From the IMG/VR virus record IMGVR_UViG_3300030098_006079: DNA of 64,000 nt. One strand, 5' to 3'. Under the pieces are notes generated by a model. That model saw only the letters and a list, made by a program, of their open reading frames with translations, did not search any database and had not been told where the DNA came from. Every line of letters starts with the position of its first letter. Position 1 is the stretch's first letter. The position numbers and the translations under genes are program-made. Shown one piece after another: positions 57,396 to 64,000 of the stretch. This DNA comes from a virus (lineage: Duplodnaviria > Caudoviricetes).

Positions 57396-58438
57396 TAACA
57401 TACAAAGAATATTTTTTATTTAATGAAGGTGGTGCAGGAGGTCATATGCAGCATCCTTTTGATGTTGATTCAGTAAACTCTGGTCAAGATCTAATAGATT
57501 TTTTTAATAGAGCGCACGATAGTTTAAGTAACAATCCTGGATCATTAAAAATAGATGGCGTTAATGCTTCTATAAAATTTATAGGTAATGAATTCGCTTT
57601 AGATAGAGGAAGTAATAAACCAATAGACGTTGAAGGTATTACTATATCAAGATTAGGTGAAAGGTTTCCTGAAGGTCATGGAATGATTAAAGTTGGTACT
57701 GAAGTGCTTTCGTTTTTTAACGACGCGTTAGGTAACATACAACAAGAATTACAATCATTAGGCATATTAGATAACCCGAATGTGCTTTTTAATTTAGAAT
57801 ATGTTGATGGTAGTACTAATGTTCTAGAATATGATGAAAAATTTATCGCTATACATGGTTTATTAGAAATGTATCAAGCTACACCTCGTAGACGTGCTTC
57901 GAAAGAAATTAATTATAATCCTGAGGTAATGCAATCGTTGATAGAAAAATTAAACCAAGCTGGAACATTTAAGGTTTTCGGATCTGTTGACGTAGGTGTC
58001 GGAGAAAGGCCTAATTATGAAGCGGTATTAGCTCAAAACGTAGAAATACCATATGAACAATCTAGTAATGAAGTTAAACCGTTAAAGCAATGGTTGCAAG
58101 AGTTAAACTTACCTAAGAGAGTCAAGTTAAAGAGGCTAGATGGTACACCGAGAGAAGCAATAAGCAAAGCAAACTACATGGATATTATCTTACAGCAAGT
58201 ACCTGTTGATACATTATATGAGAACCCAGACGAACAAAGAGCTGCTATTGATGGAGCTATTGTTTATCATGCAACAAGATTTTTAGGTAAAGCCTTACTC
58301 GAAACTCTCGATTCACCAATGGGTCGTGTCGACTCTCATGAAGGAGTTGTTATAAGAGATCCGAGAATTGATGTACGCCCGGTAAAAATTACAGGTGACT
58401 TTATCATTCAAGGTTTACAAAGTACATTCCGTAAATAG
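57392..58438 (+). CDS. RNA-ligase-like (ligase/capping nucleotidyltransferase domain) protein with CTS-like N-terminus
   Basis: Motif I KIDG (57548), III NLEYV, IIIa FIAIHG, IV EGVVIRD (58340) and V VKITG. Confidence 0.6.
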   Translation: MITYKEYFLFNEGGAGGHMQHPFDVDSVNSGQDLIDFFNRAHDSLSNNPGSLKIDGVNASIKFIGNEFALDRGSNKPIDVEGITISRLGERFPEGHGMIKVGTEVLSFFNDALGNIQQELQSLGILDNPNVLFNLEYVDGSTNVLEYDEKFIAIHGLLEMYQATPRRRASKEINYNPEVMQSLIEKLNQAGTFKVFGSVDVGVGERPNYEAVLAQNVEIPYEQSSNEVKPLKQWLQELNLPKRVKLKRLDGTPREAISKANYMDIILQQVPVDTLYENPDEQRAAIDGAIVYHATRFLGKALLETLDSPMGRVDSHEGVVIRDPRIDVRPVKITGDFIIQGLQSTFRK

Positions 58439-58475
58439 TGGTTTCCTAAATTAATTCTGTAAATAATCCTACAGG

Positions 58476-59060
58476 ATGACTATCGTTTTTAATTTATTTG
58501 ATTCCTCTTATAGTGGTAGTTTTTTAAGCTCATGGGTTAATTTAACTTCTTATCTAAATAAGACTGGTATTTATTATTATGTGTCTCAACACTCAAGCTG
58601 TAATGCTTTTTATGCTAAGCAGATGTGTTTAGGAGGTAACGTATTAGCTGGTCCTAAACAAAAGCCATATCAAAACAAAATTAATTATGACGTATTAGTT
58701 TTTCTAAGCAATAAAATTACATTTACTTCTACTACGTTTATTAAAACATTAGATAAATTTATGGAAAGTGATCATAAATTTTTATCAGGTATGTTCGAAG
58801 GTAGGTATAAAGCTAAAAATGAAGACGATAATTATATTATAGCTGATTTTTTAGACTTTGATTTAGTCTTTATTAAAAAAGGAATATTTGAGCAACTTAC
58901 ATATCCTTGGTTTAAGCCACATGTAAGCAAGAATAAAATAGAACAACAATACATAGATATTGATATATGTAATAGAATAAAAGAACAAAATATAGATTTA
59001 CTTATAGATAAAAATATAGAATTAAATGAAAGTAATTTTAATTTCGTAAAAATAAAATGA
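58476..59060 (+). CDS. Degenerate GT2-like protein (paralogue of the next gene)
   Basis: FSGSFLSSW...KQMCLGG...QKPY...YDVLVFLSN aligns with the next ORF but lacks DxD. Confidence 0.55.
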   Translation: MTIVFNLFDSSYSGSFLSSWVNLTSYLNKTGIYYYVSQHSSCNAFYAKQMCLGGNVLAGPKQKPYQNKINYDVLVFLSNKITFTSTTFIKTLDKFMESDHKFLSGMFEGRYKAKNEDDNYIIADFLDFDLVFIKKGIFEQLTYPWFKPHVSKNKIEQQYIDIDICNRIKEQNIDLLIDKNIELNESNFNFVKIK

Positions 59061-59713
59061 ATAAGACTATTATTATATGTTGTCCTGGACAGTCATTTAC
59101 AGGTAAGTTTTTAACATCTCTTACATATTTGATTAGACATTTACATAGTAAAGGGTTTAAAGTTTTATTTAGTACAACATTTTCTCGTAACATATATGAA
59201 GTACGTAACAAATGTCTTATGGGTGACCCTAGTAATGGTCCTGATCAACAGTTATTTAACGGTCAAGATTATGATTACATATTATGGCTAGATGATGATA
59301 TTATTTTTACTCCAGAAGATTTTGAAAAGTTATATAAAGAGGATAAAGATGTTATATCAGGTTTGTATTTAATGGCTAATGGAACTCAGTTCGCTGCTGT
59401 TGAAGTGTGGGACGAAGAATTTTTCAAAGAAAACGGGACGTTTGAATTTCTTAATAAACAAGATATATCTCATAGGTTATTACCGTTTAGTGTTGAGTAT
59501 GTTGGTTTTGGATTTTTATTATTTAAAAAAGGAATCTTTGAGCAATTACAATATCCATGGTTTGAGCCTACATTTTTAGAGATAAAAGATTGTATTGATT
59601 TTTCTATGGAGGACGTAACTCTTTGTATAAAATTGCGCAAATTAAATATCGACGTTTATGTACATCCAGATGTTGTTGTAGGTCATCAAAAGGAAGTTGA
59701 GTTAAAAATATGA
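59057..59713 (+). CDS. GT2-like glycosyltransferase
   Basis: CCPGQSF, VRNKCLMG, YDYILWLDDD, VGFGFLL, SMEDV and VGHQK. Confidence 0.7.
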   Translation: MNKTIIICCPGQSFTGKFLTSLTYLIRHLHSKGFKVLFSTTFSRNIYEVRNKCLMGDPSNGPDQQLFNGQDYDYILWLDDDIIFTPEDFEKLYKEDKDVISGLYLMANGTQFAAVEVWDEEFFKENGTFEFLNKQDISHRLLPFSVEYVGFGFLLFKKGIFEQLQYPWFEPTFLEIKDCIDFSMEDVTLCIKLRKLNIDVYVHPDVVVGHQKEVELKI

Positions 59714-60099
59714 ACGCTGAAACACCAGAAGAATTCTGGTATCAAAATATAGCTAAATATAGTACACCACCAGAACCTAAACAATCATTTCCGTCTAATG
59801 TTGTTGTAGAACAACTTACAAAAACTAAGAAATCTGAAATATGCATATTTGAAGGTTATTTAAAGAATGGAGATAGTATACTTCTTACATATCCGCGTAA
59901 TGCTTCTCTAGATGGTACCATAGTTGTAAAGAATTTTATTGGTATGGGAGTAGGGAAATGTGATTATGACGCTCAAATACACGTTGTTGTTTATGATTTA
60001 GATTATCATAAACCTATGACTGATGAATTCTTTCTTTCTCTACTGCAAGATAGTTATGGTTGGGAAATTAAAGACTATGGGGATTTATCTATATACTAG
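59710..60099 (+). CDS. Hypothetical protein
   Basis: Coupled ORF; no motif recognised. Confidence 0.5.
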   Translation: MNAETPEEFWYQNIAKYSTPPEPKQSFPSNVVVEQLTKTKKSEICIFEGYLKNGDSILLTYPRNASLDGTIVVKNFIGMGVGKCDYDAQIHVVVYDLDYHKPMTDEFFLSLLQDSYGWEIKDYGDLSIY

Positions 60100-60115
60100 A
60101 CCATAAATAATTAAT

Positions 60116-62056
60116 ATGGCTAGCAAAGATTTCATAGTAAAAAACGGTCTAAGGATAGGAGGTTCATCAGGGACCGGAGGCTTAACAGCCAGTAACGCGA
60201 GTTTTTTAACCAGTCTTAGCGCTGCAGGTATATGCGGTGCTGCAGGAACTGGTTTTGCTACCGGAGCAACTATAGCCCTCGCAGGAGATGTAACTGGTTC
60301 AGTCGACTTAGATACCTTAGGTGGTACTAAAACAATTACAGCGACGATTGCTGCTGATAGTGTTGCTTTAGGTACTGATACTACAGGTAGTTATGTTCAG
60401 TCTTTTGGAGTCAATACTACGTATCAAACACTAACCGGTACTATTGGTACAGGAGAAGGAGCTGACGTAACAGGGTTAGGTTTGTCTGCAACCGGTGTAC
60501 ATGCTGGTTCATATGGTAGTAGTACTGCTATTCCAACAATCACAGTCTTATCTGATGGTCGAATATCCTCTATTAATACAGCTGCTATATCTACAGATTT
60601 AACTATTGCTGCAGATAGCGGTAGTAATGATACAGTATCAATTGGTACTGATACATTAACATTTGCTGGTACATCTAATGAAATCGAAACTACAGTTAGC
60701 GATAATCAGATACAGATTGGTTTACCTAACAATGTCACATTAGGTGGAGATCTACGATTAAATGGTAATTCTATTAATGATAGTAGTGACACAACTGCTA
60801 TACAATTCGATGGTTCTGGTAATACAGAAATTTGTGGTAACTTAACAGTACAAGGAACTCACACTACTCTTAACACATCTGTTACATCTACTACCACAGC
60901 TACAGAGAATAACTTTGTTATTACATCTACAGATACAGGTGCGGACGCAGCTCCAGATTTAAAATTATATCGTAATAGTTCCAGTCCTGCTGATAATGAT
61001 AGAATTGGTAACATTATTTTCACAGGCAGAAATGATAATACACAAGATGTAGATTATGGACAGATTGTAACTCGGATTACTGATGCGTCGGATAGTTCAG
61101 AAGATGCCTATTTAACATTTAAAACAATGGCAGCAGGTACTCTTTCAGATCGACTTACTATTAATAGTGGGTTGGTAGGTATTGGTACTACTGCACCAGG
61201 CCATACATTATCTGTTGCAGGTACTATTAGTGCTTCAGGTGTTATTTATGGTGATGCATTTAACTCCGCGTCAGGTGGATCTACTATAGATTTTAAAGAT
61301 GATGTATTACAACATGGCGCGTTAAGTGTTACAGGCGCTATAAGTGGTAATAGTTCTCTTACTATAAATGGTGATTCTACACTCGGTAATGCATCTGGAG
61401 ATACAATAACTCTTAACGGTGCAACAATAAATATACCAAATGTTGCTGCTGGTACAGATAATACAGTAGTAATATATAACGGGTCAACACTGTTAACTGA
61501 TGAGATTGATTCAAGGGTATGGGGTAGTACATTAATAGATGGTACAGGTAACGCTAATAGAATCGCTAAATTTACTGATGGAGATACAATTGCTGATTCT
61601 TCTATAACAGATGATGGTAATGCTATTATAATTGGTACATCAACAGGTACAACAGCTAATGCTTTTTCAGTATCTGCTACTGCAACAGCAGGTTCTATAC
61701 AGTTTAATAATAATAGAACAGCATATCATTCTGTAAGTTCTACAATTGCTAACTCTGCATCTGGTACTTTAATACGTATTCCTAAAGCTGATTATAGGAC
61801 TAGTAAAATAGTTATATCCGCTAAAGGTACATCTGCATGTACATGTCATGCAGAAGCTACAGAGCTGCTTATTGTACATGATGGTGCAAACGCGGCGTTT
61901 TCAACTGAATTTGCTATTGTACGTACTGGAGATCAAGTCGGTACATATTGTGCAGAAGTTATTGGTGGAGATGTTGAGCTTAGAGCGACAAACGAACTAG
62001 GTGGAAGTGCAACTGCCACATTTGTTGCATCAGTACATCATCTTGGAGAACTATAA
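60116..62056 (+). CDS. Tail fibre / virion appendage protein
   Basis: G/T/S/A-rich, VGIGTT repeat, C-terminal LLIVHDG...TEFAIV module; TAAATA box at 60104-60109. Confidence 0.8.
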   Translation: MASKDFIVKNGLRIGGSSGTGGLTASNASFLTSLSAAGICGAAGTGFATGATIALAGDVTGSVDLDTLGGTKTITATIAADSVALGTDTTGSYVQSFGVNTTYQTLTGTIGTGEGADVTGLGLSATGVHAGSYGSSTAIPTITVLSDGRISSINTAAISTDLTIAADSGSNDTVSIGTDTLTFAGTSNEIETTVSDNQIQIGLPNNVTLGGDLRLNGNSINDSSDTTAIQFDGSGNTEICGNLTVQGTHTTLNTSVTSTTTATENNFVITSTDTGADAAPDLKLYRNSSSPADNDRIGNIIFTGRNDNTQDVDYGQIVTRITDASDSSEDAYLTFKTMAAGTLSDRLTINSGLVGIGTTAPGHTLSVAGTISASGVIYGDAFNSASGGSTIDFKDDVLQHGALSVTGAISGNSSLTINGDSTLGNASGDTITLNGATINIPNVAAGTDNTVVIYNGSTLLTDEIDSRVWGSTLIDGTGNANRIAKFTDGDTIADSSITDDGNAIIIGTSTGTTANAFSVSATATAGSIQFNNNRTAYHSVSSTIANSASGTLIRIPKADYRTSKIVISAKGTSACTCHAEATELLIVHDGANAAFSTEFAIVRTGDQVGTYCAEVIGGDVELRATNELGGSATATFVASVHHLGEL

Positions 62057-62082
62057 CATTAATATTAATTTATATGTATTTC

Positions 62083-62108
62083 AAAAGGGCCTTCGGGCCC
62101 TTTTTTTA
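62083..62108 (+). terminator. Intrinsic terminator with a cUUCGg tetraloop
   Basis: AAAAGGGCC-TTCG-GGCCCTTTTTTTT. Confidence 0.88.
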
Positions 62109-62141
62109 TTAAATAATTACGTAAGTGGATAGTGGAAACTT

Positions 62142-64000
62142 ATGGCAACTAAAAATTTCTTTGTAAACGACGGGCTGAAAGTCAAAGGCAATACGTTACT
62201 TAACGGTAATACGTATACTGATGGAGCTTCAGCGAAACTACATGTTAAGTCAGCTCCTAACGGTACAGGTGCTAACCTAGCGAATGTTAACGGAATCCTA
62301 GTTGAGAATAGCGGTACAGGTAACACCAACTATGCTCTCAAACTCGCTTCAGGCTCCGGAAATATCTTTAATGTAAGTAACGCAGGTAACGTAGGTATTG
62401 GTGTAACTGATGCTAGTTCTATACTTCATATTGTCGGTCCTGGTACTCATCCTACGTCACTTGCTCACTTTGATACTCAATCTATTGCCCGTTTTGAAGC
62501 TGATAGTAGTAATGCCGTAAGTTTATATATTACAGAAGGTGCTGATGGATCTTATTTACAGGTCACAGATGGCACAACAGATTCAAGTACAGCTAAAGAT
62601 TTAAACTTACAACCATTCGGTGGTTGTGTTGGTATAGGTACAACTAATCCAGGTAAGAGTTTACATGTATATACTTCTGATGATATTATAAGTAAGTTTT
62701 CTAGTTCAGATGCTGGTGGTAGAATACTAATTAATGACTCTACTACCAATGCTTATATTAATGCATCTAATGGAGTTGCTTCATTAGGTCAGTGTAATGG
62801 ACTAAACAATAGTAATCTTAATATATTAAGCGCTGGACAAGTTGGTATAGGTACTACAAGTCCTGGTAATCTTTTAGAATTATATAGCTCAGCACCTGTA
62901 TTATCAATTAAGGATGGAGGGGCATATGGAACGAATGCTACCTCCTATATAGATTTTAAAGATAGTTCTTCAGTAATGTCAAGAGTAGGTGTTGCTGGTG
63001 TCGCTGGTACATTAGATGTTGATAATTTAAAAGCAAATAGTATTAGACTTCGTACTAATGGTAGTACTCAAGTTACAGTTACTAGCGCTGGTAATGTCGG
63101 TATAGGTACAACTGACCCGAATTACAGCTTAGACGTTACTTCGTCAGGTAGTCAGACTATAAGAGTAAAGTCTACAGATAATCATGCAGCTGTTAGAATT
63201 GATAGGCCATCAGATAGCTATGATAGTAATTTAATGTTTCAAACAAACGGAACTACTAAATGGCGATTAGGTCAAGGCGTAGTTACGGCAGGTGATAATT
63301 ATTTAGCTATATATGATGACATTAATGATGCTGGTCATACCACGTTTAAGGCTGGTGGTAGTGTTGGTATAGGAACAGCTGAACCAAATGAGAAGCTTAC
63401 AGTCTCAGGTAATATTAGTGCAAGTGGTATAGTATATGCTGATGCATTTAATTCAGTAACAGGCGGTACTGCAATAGATTTTAATGACAATATTGACTTA
63501 GCAGGTAATCTTACATTGAGTGGTTATGTTAGCGCTAATGGTGGTTATTGTAGTGATGAAAATGCTAATGCTAAGTTCGGTACATGTGCGTTAAACGGTC
63601 TAACAACAGGTCTGTATAACGTCGCAATAGGTACAAGCGCTCTGCGTTCAAATACTAGCGGTTGTGATAACGCTAGTGTAGGTCAAGATGCTCTATATGC
63701 TAATACAACCGGTTGCAAAAATGTAGCGTTAGGTCGAGCTGCGTTAAGGTATAATACGACTGGTAAATGGAATTCAGCAGTTGGACATACAGCTTTGTTT
63801 TGTACTACAACTGGTTGTAAAAATACTGCTAGCGGTGCATATGCTTTGCATTGTAATACAACTGGTATGGAAAACGCAGGGCATGGTTATGCTGCATTAC
63901 TTTGTAACACAACAGCTAATTATAACACTGCAGTTGGTGCTTGTTCTTTATATGCTAATACTACCGGTGCTAATAATACTGCAGTTGGTTTTAAGTCTTT
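62142..64000 (+). CDS. Second tail fibre protein, 3'-truncated by the window edge and absent from the ORF track
   Basis: Open frame MATKNFFVNDGLKV... with five GxVGIG repeats, then 14-aa NxAxGxxALxxNTTG repeats. Confidence 0.85.
   Translation, partial: MATKNFFVNDGLKVKGNTLLNGNTYTDGASAKLHVKSAPNGTGANLANVNGILVENSGTGNTNYALKLASGSGNIFNVSNAGNVGIGVTDASSILHIVGPGTHPTSLAHFDTQSIARFEADSSNAVSLYITEGADGSYLQVTDGTTDSSTAKDLNLQPFGGCVGIGTTNPGKSLHVYTSDDIISKFSSSDAGGRILINDSTTNAYINASNGVASLGQCNGLNNSNLNILSAGQVGIGTTSPGNLLELYSSAPVLSIKDGGAYGTNATSYIDFKDSSSVMSRVGVAGVAGTLDVDNLKANSIRLRTNGSTQVTVTSAGNVGIGTTDPNYSLDVTSSGSQTIRVKSTDNHAAVRIDRPSDSYDSNLMFQTNGTTKWRLGQGVVTAGDNYLAIYDDINDAGHTTFKAGGSVGIGTAEPNEKLTVSGNISASGIVYADAFNSVTGGTAIDFNDNIDLAGNLTLSGYVSANGGYCSDENANAKFGTCALNGLTTGLYNVAIGTSALRSNTSGCDNASVGQDALYANTTGCKNVALGRAALRYNTTGKWNSAVGHTALFCTTTGCKNTASGAYALHCNTTGMENAGHGYAALLCNTTANYNTAVGACSLYANTTGANNTAVGFKS
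63575..64000 (+). repeat. Tandem 42-nt (14-aa) imperfect coding repeats
   Basis: Units such as NVAIGTSALRSNTSG, NVALGRAALRYNTTG and NTAVGACSLYANTTG. Confidence 0.8.

Noticed and set aside
6491-62749. Short overlapping or antisense ORFs in the track (for example 6491-6688, 12320-12622, 22192-22485, 31009-31881, 35903-36352, 43501-43803, 50596-50892, 54518-54874, 62117-62329, 62552-62749)
   Set aside because: They lie within longer, motif-bearing genes and have no motifs or promoter boxes, so they are treated as shadow ORFs.
60116-64000. Possible diversity-generating retroelement template/variable repeat pair in the fibre genes
   Set aside because: The shared module differs at many non-adenine positions, both copies are coding, and no reverse transcriptase is in the window.
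63575-64000. Possible CRISPR-like array
   Set aside because: The units are in-frame 42-nt protein repeats without identical direct repeats or unique spacers.
1-64000. Stop-codon reassignment, tRNA genes or rRNA
   Set aside because: Core genes are full length in the standard code and end in TAA, TAG or TGA, and I saw no cloverleaf or T-loop signature in the short intergenic gaps. A tRNAscan-SE run would be decisive.
1-64000. Host assignment to Bacteroidota from the dpdN cassette and the lack of Shine-Dalgarno motifs
   Set aside because: The early promoters are TTG-N16-TATAAT rather than the Bacteroidota TTTG/TAnnTTTG type, so the evidence conflicts and the host is left unassigned.

Overview
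This is 64 kb of an AT-rich, large T4-like myovirus genome, read in the standard code with no tRNA, rRNA or CRISPR seen. In order it holds: (1) 1-18220, a glycan biosynthesis/decoration island (GT17, GT2, GT4, GT8 and GT9-like transferases, two SDR epimerases, cytidylyltransferase, kinase, carbamoyltransferase, two methyltransferases, radical SAM, 2OG-Fe(II) oxygenase, three paralogues of a 'GQPR' family); (2) 18255-22630, DUF366-like, PPase, gp62, GroES and a DinG-like helicase; (3) 22640-32241, a rearranged head/neck module (gp15, Nal1-like serine protease, gp20, gp13, gp4, gp21, gp67-like, gp22, gp23); (4) 32309-35494, a 7-deazaguanine DNA-modification operon (queF, P-loop kinase, Nmad1/DUF1599-like, dpdN-like, dpdA-like); (5) 35544-45490, baseplate spike, Hsp20, PRTase and adhesins; (6) 45530-53253, a ClpC-like ATPase with a degenerate first AAA+ ring, nrdAB and membrane proteins; (7) 53259-58438, proteins whose N-termini resemble the T4 capsid-targeting sequence (lysozyme-LysM, Pol-beta nucleotidyltransferase, PD-(D/E)xK-like nuclease, RNA-ligase-like protein); (8) 58476-64000, a GT2 pair and tail fibres. 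Most promoters sit 5-8 nt from the start codon, suggesting leaderless mRNAs. The best candidates for undescribed systems are the putative capsid-packaged enzyme cassette and the deazaguanine operon with two nucleotide-pool enzymes. All family assignments come from motifs recognised by eye; no database search was run.
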